A stretch of DNA of 64,000 bases from Balanoglossus misakiensis (Eukaryota; Animalia; Hemichordata), in NCBI GenBank assembly GCA_040954595.2, contig CM082584.2, positions 8,017,919-8,081,918 of the forward strand, in the 5' to 3' direction. This document shows positions 52,993 through 64,000 of this stretch, in pieces. Position 1 is the first letter of the stretch, and each line of letters begins with the position of its first letter. The notes under the pieces were generated by a model, which saw only the letters and a list, made by a program, of their open reading frames with translations, was not told where the DNA came from and ran no database searches. The translations under genes were made by a program, and so were the position numbers.

Positions 52993-55900
52993 GCTGAGCT
53001 CATCTGAACTCAGCTTATGAAAAAACTACTACTATTATACTTGTGCTAACATCAAGGTTGCTAACATCTATTTTGGGCGATCTGCAACATACGATACGTA
53101 CAAAATTTTCAATTTTCTTCGGGGCTTTTTTCCTGAAATTCACAACAAGCGTATAGAATTAATTTAATGTCGGTCAATTTCAAAAGCGTCCTTCGAGTGA
53201 AGAGGTGCAATAACTGAACTTTGCAGCGTCATGACAACCGACTAGATTTCGAGATGAGCTTTCGTGAAAACAAAATTGCACACAGTATAGGGTGTCTCAT
53301 TTGAATCCCATCACGAAATTGCTCTGCATATCACTTCATTTGTGTTGACATGGAGATTTTTTCTCGCGATGATTGATGATAAGGTGCAATTTATTTTCAA
53401 AGTGCAGTAAAATGCAAGGTTACTCGAATTACTATAGCCGATGAGTAGGTATATCAAATCAATAACTCTGATGACAGAAAAAAATACTTCTCCCGTATAA
53501 TGACGTTACCATAATGACATTGGCATTATACTATCCTTAGTTGACGACAATCATGCTTGCAGGCTAGGAAATAACACCAATCAGGTCCAGGCAGCCAGTC
53601 ATACAAAGATAGCATACTCGCGTGGCGGTAAATTCAAGAGTGTCTTCTATAGGTAAAATTATCATAGATGTAGGCAAATACTGTTCAATTTGGCAAAGAG
53701 TCCCACACTTACCATGAAGTAATCTCATTGATCATCCGAGGAGTGGTGCAAATATGTTTTGTGCCCTGATGTCAAAATGGAGTGGAGCAAAGTATGGGCT
53801 TTATGCATAGTTGCTGAGTATAGTTCGTGGGGGTCGTTTTTTCTCTCAAAAAACTGGAAACGCTCTTACGAGGCACCCATACCGGTTCAAATCCATGAGC
53901 CGGACAGCGTCATTACTTGATTTTGCAATATCATAGAAGTCTATTGAGACTCGACCTCAAATTAGTGTTCTGAATGCGCCTCTAAGTGGTTCATTGTCAG
54001 AGCTTGGACGGGTTCTGACTGTACCACAGGAAATGCTGTTCCCATGAACACAAGCCAAGGTTTAAAAGCAATTAAATCAGAATTTGCCCAAATTTGTTGG
54101 GTTAAGAATTACCAATCTGTTAATCTTTGCTCTAATAAACTTGATGGCCACATGGCAAGAGTCTTAATAGATTTGGAACACCTTTTAAATGATAAATGAA
54201 ATTTAATCTACGAGAGATTCTTGGTAATAGGTCAAACATTGTCGAGCAGTCTATTTTACGCCAAAATGCTTTTTATGCGATACTAATGTATAATGAAATT
54301 TAATCTAAATGACTTTCTTGGTAATATTTCAAATATTGTCGAGCAATCTTTAATAACATCCAATGTTAACCATTAATGTTACACGCAAGTCACAAATCAC
54401 ATCACCTCTACTTCTATTATACGACTCTCCAAGTAGGACAAAACGTGTTTTTGTTTGTTTTCTGAATAATTGTGACACCTTCCTCTCGACCATTCCCTGC
54501 AGAGCTCAATATGCTTGCTACACATCACCGAACCGACATGGCAAGCTTCTCACGAAATGATATAATTTCACAAGGCCCAACACGTTCTCAATACATGTAT
54601 CTCGCCTTTGTGAACCGAACGTGTCTGGTTGTAAGAAAGGAACCGACTTAATCCTTAGCAACAAGAACACCCTGAAGAAGCTATCCGTGGAAAAAGCATT
54701 CTGATACACATGTTATATGCAAATGAAGCATGTTCCTAATTTCGCGGAGTTCGTCAGACTTCTCTCTCTCTCTCTCTCTCTGGTTGAGCCGAGAGCTTAT
54801 GCGTATTGTGTCTGTGCGCATGCCCATTTAATGTCTTTGCCCTGAGCTCTGATCCCCGGCATGTTTGGGTAAAATACGACTGCTTCACTTTCACAGCAGA
54901 TATGTACGCATGTAAATTGGGGCGTATTTTGTGGCACTCGCCGAAGAAGCTTGAGGAAATTAGACATCAAATCAGGTCCAATAATCAATATCATTAAGGT
55001 AATCTAATTACCAGACCAAAGAAAGAAATGGGATTGAGAAAAAACGACAAGGACGTCACGTAATAAAATAATATTATCCAATTAAATTCCAATTAATCAC
55101 ATAATATGCAAACTAAAGAATCTAATCCACGAAACACATAATTTCCTTTGAAGTTCGCCACCGCGCGAATGCATTTCTGGCAGCCGGTGAAATGGCGAAA
55201 TTAATCCGGCGCTATACGCGTTAACTGAAACCTATTGATTTTTACTTTGGAGCAATTCTGAGAACCACTATACTTACCAGAACAAGCTGAGAACACTGAT
55301 GTTTATTTTTATCGAAATGGCGTAATATATCCGCACGTGACTAGAGACTAGTATAGACGGAAGGCAATCATAGCAAAAGTACATCCACATTTACATTAGT
55401 AAAATTGTATCGGTTTCCTTATTATCCAAGATAGGTAAGCAGAGATATTATCTGGTCTCATTGTGGCTATTAATTTAATCAGGAAAGGGACATGTTTAGG
55501 TAATCCCCTACAGCTCAAGTATGAATTGTACTATTTTATCCAGAACATCAGAATTTCTGTCACATTAAATTTAACTGAAATGGAACAATGACCCGAGATT
55601 CTAGCGCACATGTAGGGATAGCTATGTAACTGCATAGTAATAGCCCAGTGTGCATTAACTTCCGACGTGGGAAGCGATTGAGAGGTTGAAAAAAATAAAT
55701 GCATGTACACAGATTCAACCGTCGCACTGGTTCATTTTTCTCTCTAAAATGTTTCATTGCATAATTTATTCATTGGCTTCGTTAAAATCCAGATTTTGAT
55801 GAGACATTCACCAATCGACACAGGTTGCTTTTAATATGTAATGTGCTAATTCAACACTTTTTTTGTGAATTGCAATGTAAATTCCAGCCTTTTGTTGTGT

Positions 55901-57488
55901 GGCTCTCAAGAAACGGTGCGCAAACTTTTCAAGAATCTGTTGTTGGCACTAATGGGATCTCACATTACAGGTGTAACAAATTCTAAAGTTACATGACCTT
56001 TAACCTCCGGCTATAGTCTGTATATACTCCAAGGTTTTGCTTGCGCAGTTTTGTCTATTTTCAATAATAAGAGTATACCTTGCAAACCACAATTAACACA
56101 ATTGGAAATATTCTCTGACGATAAAATATCTAGAAATGTCGTTTAAAATCAACTTGATTCTATGAAACTGCATTACGTGCAACATTACTCATAAAAGTAC
56201 ATGACCTAACCCCAATGTTTTGTACAATATGTTATTTCTTGATTCCCGTCGTCCAGTTCTTCAAGCATGCATTAATGATATTACAAATTGGCTCTCTTGA
56301 TGAATTCATGAATTATTCGAAACTTTTTTTGTGGAAGAACGTGCTCTCAAGAATTTCACTATACGATTTGCAATGATTGCAACCATCCACTTTGTCGCAA
56401 AGACAAGGCAACCCAACACGGATTACCCGGAGGCTGCTGTCGTGATCATCGACATGCAAAACACATGCACAGAAAATAGATTCTCAAAATATCACCGGGG
56501 CAGGATTATTGGCCAAAGCAGATGTTCTGTGGTTATTGACGCCATTTCCGATTATCTTCTCGGCAATATTAGATACGACTACATATGTAAGTTCAAATAC
56601 ATACCACCATCAATGATATCTGGAAGGTTAGATCATATACTTCATTTTATTGGAAGGGAAAGCGTGCGCTAAATGCTATATAGGTTTACTGAAGACCCCA
56701 CCCCACCTATCTGCATGTAAGACAAATAATTGAAAGCAAATCGAAATAGATTAATGTGTATCACACGAAGGAAAACTTTATGCGTTCCAATGTATGGTAT
56801 ATTCAATCATTTATGTACTGTCAATCTTAGCCGTCTGTAATTTTTTAATGGTTGAGATCGCAAAAAGCACGCCCGTGTATTGTGTATTGATATAGTTATA
56901 TTTCAAGCGGCGACATTCGTCGGTTGTATTGTCATGAGTTTGAAACATGATTCCAAGGCTAGTGGAATACAAAGGGGTAGAACGGATAACGAGTTTTATT
57001 TGAGCTGTCGATCATCGCGCCGGAGACACCGCAATTCATGTTCTTGTTTTGACATGCTTTTAGCGTAGAGATCGGATTGTTAAGAGTGTAAAGAAAGGCT
57101 AGACAACCAAAGCCGCTAACGTTTCTAAACAAGCATTTCAATCCTCCTTCCGCGTTGATGTTATGTTGTTTCTTATCTCGGGAGACGCGCCCGAAGTTTA
57201 GCATTTATCAAAAAATATCACTCGATTATCGGAAAACATTTAATCCTTGTAACCTCTACAATTGCTTTTCTTTTCTCGTTCTTCTATACAGACACATGAA
57301 AAGGAAGCCGAATGCGTTTCCGGAGGCGCTCTCAACGAAATATTGAATATGCCTCGGCGCCCCTGGCATTGCGTCAGTTTGCTTGATATCGACATCTTAA
57401 AAGCCACGGATTTCTGCTATCCGCCGTTTTTTTAGATATTAGCATCCACGGGAGACGCCGTCATTATCGACGAGATTGTTGAAGGAAG

Positions 57489-58751
57489 ATGGTACCTCCC
57501 GCAAATGGTTCCGAGAGTTCGGAAGTCGGCGACTTGGACAGCTACTTCGGGCTGAAATCGGTCGTCGTCGGGATCATACTGTCGCTGTTCATATTCATCA
57601 CGATCACGGGACAGTTGCTCGTCATCCTCGCCGTGGTGACGGAGAAGACTCTCCGGTTGCCCAGCAACTACTGGATCGCCAGTCTCGCCCTCACCGACCT
57701 GATCCTCGCCGTTGTCGTGATGCCCGTTGCCATGCTGACGGAGATCAAGTCCGGAATGTGGTTGATCGGGAGAACGTTCTGCGATGTCTTCCTCTTCTTC
57801 GACGTTCTCTGCTGCACCGCCTCCATCTTCAATCTCTGCCTAATAAGTATGGATCGCTACATGAGCATCACTTCGCCCATCAAGTACTCGTTGAGGAGAA
57901 CGCCTTCTCGGGCGCTGATGATGATCTCCCTCTGCTGGCTGACGTGCATCCTGATCAGCATCGTTCGGCCGATCGGCTGGAAGACACCGGCCACCGACGT
58001 CTACTTCTGCGGGCTGATCAACGAGGGCTACCGCATCTTCTCCTCGGTCTTCTCCTTCTACCTCCCGCTCGTCGTCATGCTCTTCGTCTACTACAAGATC
58101 TTCATGGCGGCGCGGCGGCGCCTTCAGAAGATAAGAGACGTCGGCGGGGGCACGGTGGTGACGCTGAGCGACGCGGATTTCCGTCAAAGCGGCCACACCA
58201 GCAGGGTAACGGAGATCTCGACGGTGCGCTCCTCTGCAGAGCCGCGCGCCGGGCAGTCGTCGTCGGCGGACGGCCACGGGAACTTCTACGCCTGGTTGGA
58301 AGTCGGTGGCGGCGGCAGATCTGAGAGAAGCAGGCCGGGGCTGGAAAATACACCCAGAAACAACGTGACTTACGACGGATCCAACACTTTAACCGTTCCA
58401 CACAGATACTTTCCGGGCCACGGCTCCGCCAACGCCTCAGGGAGCAACCGAAACCAGGGCTTCAGAGCTGAGAAGTTTTCCCTCGCCAAAGAAAGAAAAG
58501 CGGCAAGAACTCTAGGCGTCGTCATGGGGGCGTTTATTTTCTGTTGGTCGCCATTTTTCCTCTTTAACGTCATCGTGCCTTACTGTGACCAGTGCGCCGT
58601 TCCCATGGAGCTGTTCAGCTTTGTGACGTGGCTCGGGTACGCCAACTCCATGTTGAACCCATTCATTTATACATACTTCAATAAGGATTTTCGGCGAGCT
58701 TTTCGGAGACTTCTCTTGATTAATTACTGCAGTGCAAACTGTTGTAGATAG
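57489..58751 (+). CDS. Biogenic amine GPCR, 420 aa, intronless CDS (octopamine/tyramine/adrenergic-type)
   Basis: TM2 LALTD, TM3 amine-binding D3.32 (FFDVLCCTASI) and DRY, TM5 SSVFSFYLP (three Ser), long ICL3 ending AKERKAARTLG, TM6 CWSPFFLFN, TM7 WLGYANSMLNPFIY, short Cys-terminated tail. A strong acceptor (pyrimidine tract + CAG) at 57291 implies an upstream non-coding exon. Confidence 0.95.
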   Translation: MVPPANGSESSEVGDLDSYFGLKSVVVGIILSLFIFITITGQLLVILAVVTEKTLRLPSNYWIASLALTDLILAVVVMPVAMLTEIKSGMWLIGRTFCDVFLFFDVLCCTASIFNLCLISMDRYMSITSPIKYSLRRTPSRALMMISLCWLTCILISIVRPIGWKTPATDVYFCGLINEGYRIFSSVFSFYLPLVVMLFVYYKIFMAARRRLQKIRDVGGGTVVTLSDADFRQSGHTSRVTEISTVRSSAEPRAGQSSSADGHGNFYAWLEVGGGGRSERSRPGLENTPRNNVTYDGSNTLTVPHRYFPGHGSANASGSNRNQGFRAEKFSLAKERKAARTLGVVMGAFIFCWSPFFLFNVIVPYCDQCAVPMELFSFVTWLGYANSMLNPFIYTYFNKDFRRAFRRLLLINYCSANCCR

Positions 58752-59928
58752 AACGTCAGTGCGGGGTTATCTTGGAAGGTGACGGAAACTACCCGAACAT
58801 GGGGTGTTCGTACCAGGAAAAGGGTTGAAAAATAGGGAATTTAGTCATATAATGGTGTTTTAGATTTAAATGTAAGAAGATTTTTAAAAAATAGATAAAT
58901 TGTGTATAGTAGTTTTATAGCGTTTCCGTGCAGACGATGTTTCTTGTTTGTGTTTTTTTGGAAAATAAACTTTGATATTGTTATTCATGTACACCACTTT
59001 TGCGCGTGTACCCTTGTGCTCATTTGGTCAAAAGTCTAGAGGCTTTAATAAACTCGCAAAGTTGTGGAGATAAAAAAAAACGGATACAACATCGAACATT
59101 TACTGACGTTTGGTTCGGTCGTTCAGCAATGACCGCATCCCCTCGCGGATTGATATACGTAGTGTTACGGTTTTGGAAATGTAGCGCCCGTAGTTTTGAT
59201 GAACGGGATGGTGGGGTTCACAGCTATCTGTGTCATCTGGGTTGGGATACAAAGACAGCCTAGAATATCACAGTTTTAATGTAACCGAGCCCGCAGTTTT
59301 TGAATAAATATAACCTGCGGCCAAGCTCATACGCCAGTACTGCATATGCGTGCATGCCTTTACGGTGGAGAATCCGCTTTTTAAATCAAAATCGCCGAGC
59401 AGGCATCTGTGCAAAAATAACACAAAAGATGATTAGATCCATCGAAAATACGCCCGTACTCGGGTGATTTGAGAAATTAATCTGGAAATAGTAAAGTCTT
59501 TAACTCATGTACGACCTAAAAAGTTCGTAGGGTTGATTAAATTTCCAAACTCCCTCAAGTACATGTAGATATTGGGTTTCGGGAAAATCCACCGCTGTCT
59601 AGTGCGCACTCGTCATGAATAGGCGAGTTTTTTTTCGAGAGCTTCCTTCAGAATACGGTATTATCCGTGCAGAGAGTGAGAGGCGACAATGACCGTATTA
59701 GCGGGGCAAGCAACACATTCTTGTTGGAATTGAAACTATTTTACGCAGTCCCCAAAGCAAATTCGGTTTAATGTGCTGATAATATTGGTTACTACGATAA
59801 TGTACCAACGCAACTTTCGATTCACTCCTCGTATAAGTTGAATGCTTGGCATCGGTCCTGGTAGAAAAGCGATTGTCTCAATGTCATCATGTATCTGATT
59901 CAGTTACACAGTCATTTACAACATAGTT

Positions 59929-62900
59929 TTACCACAAGTGTGTCTTTAGCATGGAGACTATCACCACTGTCGCGAGAAATGCTACGAATCCGATCTGGTC
60001 GATGTGTTTTGGTGGACAACCTTTGGGATGAAAAGAAGTAAAGGAGGTATTGAATACATTAATTGACAGGGGGCGTAATTTTCACATAGACTTCTGCACG
60101 CTTCTGAACAGAACACTTATACGTGCTCACACATCAATATGCTACTCGAAGTGTATTAAAATCACATACCCGTATTTAAAAGTACACTGGTAATCAGTTT
60201 CGGCCATTTAATATCCCATGTATTATTACAGCGTGTATTACCTGATACGCTCATTCCGGTACGTATACGGACCGAACACTCCCCAACATGGTCATGACCT
60301 CCGAATTCTTTTACCATGTTAGCGACAGTGCGCGTTGTCTTCGCCAGAAAGAGCATCTTCTCCTCCGTGATCGCGCTGATGTCATCGCACTCTGAGTGAT
60401 AACACAGCGTCATGTTGCCGCGCAAGTTGCCTGCAATAAAAAACGTAAAAAATGTCACTTGAAATTATTTACTGTACATGCAGGTATCACGCGTGAACGG
60501 ACTCACCGAGCGGTGTGCACTCCTCGGCTGTGCGTCCCAGATGACCGATCTGACGGATCAACATCGCCCGCGGGTGACTCGTACGATTCCAGGTATTTGC
60601 GTTAGTCCGCCCGACATGTTGTTTTGTTTTTAATCAAAGGAAAGCACGATCTGCTGTGCTGTTCAACTTGTTAGCATCCCACTGTCTACGTCTGGCAATT
60701 GATTCTACATCAGTGCACACATACATACACTTGTATACGTGTGTGTGAATATTGTCATGAAATACCTGACATTACACGCGCGCTCGGTAGCCGAATGGTG
60801 TGGAGGGGCTCATGCTATGGGTTTACAGGTGATTGAGAAAAATAGGCAATATCCCTGATTTTCAGGTACTGGGTCCCCGTGCATGGTACGTCACTCACCC
60901 ATTGAGGGGCGGAGACTAGGTCACATGTCATTTGCGCATACAGGTACATGTTGAGAAAAATAGGCAATATCCCTGATTTTCAGGTACAGGGTCCCCGTGC
61001 ATGGTACGTCACTCACCCATTGAGGGGCGGAGACTAGGTCACATGTCATATGCGCATATAGGCAACTCTTCCGACCTTCTGAGTCACTTCTGAGGTAGCC
61101 GTCTTGCAGCTAACAGTGCACTTCGTGTGCTCCTGATCCAATCTCTTGGCTACCGCTATTTTGCGTTTATTTACGTTCAACTCCATTTCTATGCATCACT
61201 AGTACGTCTCTGTGAGACTCTATTGCTAGATGGGTGGGTTTACGTAGCTATTTTTCCGGTGTTATTGCTTATTCGGTCCGTCTGAGTCGGGACGGGTGTT
61301 CTGTCGCCCAAGCCCAGCTTTACAAGTGCGTGTTCTGTCCACGCACAAGTCGAACGCTTCAGTGAAAGTCGTCATCGGAGGCTCGTTCACGTTACCACAC
61401 TGCAGATTTCTGTGGGAATTTCCCCAGAGTTGTTGAACCTGTAAAGTATTTGCAGTGTTTTCCGAGATTTCGTGACAATATACATGTATACTAGGCAATA
61501 TATAGTTTGTGTTTGTGAAATTAAAATTTTACCTGTGTCCGTCAAAAGGATCGCGCTCAGCGGGTTTGGTTCTTGACGCCAGAATGGCGCGTGGTCGCTT
61601 CTGAAAACGTCTTTTAAAAATCCGTGTGTGTACATGGCAATCTCTGTTTGAACACGTGTCATATAGAAAAAAAAAACGGAAAAACAGTAAAACATGAATA
61701 CTTATAATATAATTTCAGTCACTATATACCCTATATGTGTGAATATCCCGGATAGACAAGGGTTGGTTCTGCCACTGATTCCCCCCCCCCATTAAATATA
61801 TTTTAGAATTGTCGTAATTTTTGTCACTTGGCGAAAGAAAAAACACAAGCACCTGAAACCGTTACCTGAAAATGGCAACCGAACTGCCTCATAATGGAAC
61901 GAATCATTGGCCAGCCTATTCCACTGATCGGCGAAGCCAGAAATCAAGGAGGCGTCGTCATCCGTTCTACCTATTACTGCCAGGAAATCGCCCTTCATTT
62001 TCTTTGCATTGATGTTTTTGTACAGTTCTGGGAATTCCTTGGGGATGAAAGAAACAGTGAATTCTAAGTATTAATAACATATCGGCATCTCGGTATAAAT
62101 ATGTATTAGATATACATGTACTATTCAACACCACACGATACAAATCTTACGCCTTAGTCTTTTTATCTAAACATGGCTTAAGTGATTGTGAAAACTATTC
62201 ATTTTGTCATCATTTTGTCGAGATTTAAAGGTTAAGTCAGTTGATCGTTTACTGCAAACGCCGAAGCTTTGACAAGAAAATCATGACATCAAACGTCTAA
62301 CTTACAAGTTGGGTTTTAAAAGGGAGACGTTGAGATCCATCGGAGTTGTCGTAATTCATAAGACTGTCGAGGATAACTGCGCCTTGTAACGTACTGTGGG
62401 AGCCATCATCGTTGGCAAGAAACGTTTCTAGCCACGTCTTGACAAATGCTTCACTTCCGACTTGGCCTTCACCGCCTGCATAGATGTATGGGTGTACAAG
62501 ATATAAGTTAACGCCAAAACAAAAAAAAACACAACCGAAAAAAAAAAGTTTTTTTTGTGACACTGACCTGGTAAGGATTCTTCAAAGTCAAAAGCCACGA
62601 ACACAATGGTGTTCGTCATGCGACACACTTCTGACGTCACAAGCTTGATTGCCTCGATCAACACCGCCATGCCAGAACCGTTGTCGTCCACACCGGGCGA
62701 CGATTTCACCGTATCGAAGTGAGCCCCCAACACCAGGACAGCGTCGTCGCCGGTACCGTTTGTTTTTCCCGGAAGCACCCCGATCACATTAGTTCCCGTA
62801 TGCTATACCGGAGAAATTACAAATATTACACTGGCCATATACGTTGCGTCTTGGTCTGTTAAGGTAATACAACCTACAAAGCACTCATAAATTTGCATAT

Positions 62901-64000
62901 GCCTTATACATGGACTCATTTAACATATTTGGACATATCATATGGAAGATATCTGCTACAATGTCTTTGGTAAATAGACTTACTCTCTTACTGCCCGGCA
63001 CAGCGAACTCCATCAGCTCAACTTCAAGTCCATGTTCCTCGAACACCTCGCTGATGTAGTCGCGCGTTCTAGCCTTGTTTTTAGGGTTCACCAAGTGATT
63101 GCGGTTTTCCGAAAAATGACCGACCAAGATCTCCCGCAGATCAGCTACAATCGCAGCAGTCGCGTTGGTTACTACCTCGGAGACCTGGTTGACGTCACCT
63201 GCACGAAAAGTTTTATGGATTTTTTTAATAGAAATACTGCTACGACTGATAAGTACCCGTCAGGATATCTTCAAAGGAAAACAACGTATAGAAATGTAGT
63301 CAGCTTACTTGTCTCACTGGTCACCGTGACGTCATCTGCTGGCAGACAGCTTTCGTCGCCATGTTCACCACCCCCAAGTTCATTCGTCAAGTTGACGAGG
63401 CTGCGCGTCGTCTTGGCGAGGAACAGCATTTTCTCCCACGTGATAGAGTTGGCGTCATCGCACTCTGCGTGATAGCACTGCACCATGTCTCCTCGCAGGC
63501 TGGCTGCAACATTGAGAAACGATAATGTGTGGCTTCAGTTCCCGCGTAAACGATCTGGCATGCATGAAGTGAAGATCTATCCCGTGGCCATTGAAATCTT
63601 ATTCGATAAAATACTTCAGTCTTCTCCTTATCCTTATCTTTAGTCCCCACCAGTCTGAATTTGTGTATCCTTACCTGTATCTGTCACAATGATGGCGTTG
63701 AAGGAGTTTTTCCAGAAAGAGATGTGGCTACTCTTAAAACTGACACCACCTACAGGCAGAATATGCACACCCAAAATATGGAATTAACGCCTGCATTGAC
63801 CATTCAAGACAGGGGGTATCCGTTATTGTGAATGTAGTGTCCTTTTTTTCTACATGAACATTAAATAAAGCATCTGGCGGTCTGTCCATGATCAAAAGTG
63901 TGAACTTACCTGAAATGTATTGCCAAGGTATGGCCTCGGTCACGAGAGCACTGCCGGCGTCGTTCCATCGATCTGTAAACTGAGCGACCAATGCAACGTC
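59929..64000 (-). CDS. M28-family zinc metallopeptidase with tandem domains and a C-terminal GPI-like signal, 5'-partial; exons in minus order 64000-63910, 63749-63675, 63503-63309, 63198-62984, 62802-62568, 62475-62306, 62037-61866, 61643-61533, 60430-60242, 60020-59929
   Basis: All nine introns are GT-AG and phase-compatible. The last domain has the complete M28 ligand set: GAHFDT, GVDDNGSG, FDFEE, ILDSL, RSDHAPFW, TDTGNLRG, CYH. The preceding domain is visible from its C-terminal third (TDTASLRGDMVQCYHAECDD). The terminal exon encodes GCPPKHIDQIGFVAFLATVVIVSMLKTHLW*. Confidence 0.88.
60753..61477. mobile_element. 725-bp TG...CA element with ATAT target-site duplication (probable solo LTR), copy B, in an intron of the M28 gene
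   Basis: Same termini and internal duplication as 29722-30454. ATAT at 60749-60752 and 61478-61481. Lies inside intron 61532-60431. Confidence 0.85.

Noticed and set aside
39300-57260. Many 60-130 aa ORFs in the long interval
   Set aside because: No recognisable domains, coding-like composition or consistent exon chain; treated as non-coding, though small exons cannot be excluded.
57476-58401. Long alternative-frame and antisense ORFs over the amine receptor (282 aa at 57476-58324 and others)
   Set aside because: Shadow ORFs caused by GC3-rich codons; Arg/His-rich with no recognisable domain.
60779-60810. tRNA/SINE-like head (GCGCTCGGTAGCCGAATGGT, box A-like) inside the TG...CA element
   Set aside because: No box B at tRNA spacing, no cloverleaf and no A-rich tail; the termini and TSD fit an LTR-like element better.

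Overview
Eukaryotic, intron-containing, AT-rich animal DNA, most plausibly a marine invertebrate (a non-vertebrate deuterostome is my guess; not provable from this window). I reconstructed exons by hand from GT/AG junctions and reading-frame continuity. Contents: (1) a tandem array of three paralogous 4-exon rhodopsin-class peptide GPCRs on + (copy 1 lacks exon 1 in this window); (2) a 4-exon TauD/TfdA-fold (DdaC/SyrP-like) Fe(II)/2-oxoglutarate dioxygenase between GPCR copies 1 and 2; (3) an intronless 121-aa single-pass membrane protein whose TM and juxtamembrane segment aligns well with KCNE (MinK/MiRP) channel beta-subunits; (4) an intronless aminergic GPCR with an unusual N1.50Q change; (5) the 3' part of a minus-strand M28 metallopeptidase gene in which two peptidase domains appear spliced in frame and end in a GPI-type hydrophobic tail; (6) two copies of a ~730-bp TG...CA element with ATAT target-site duplications (probable solo LTR), plus mini- and microsatellites. 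Most notable: the KCNE-like gene, the tandem-domain M28, exon-restricted gene conversion between GPCR copies 2 and 3, and a fossil of the ancestral C-terminus just after the GPCR copy 2 stop codon.
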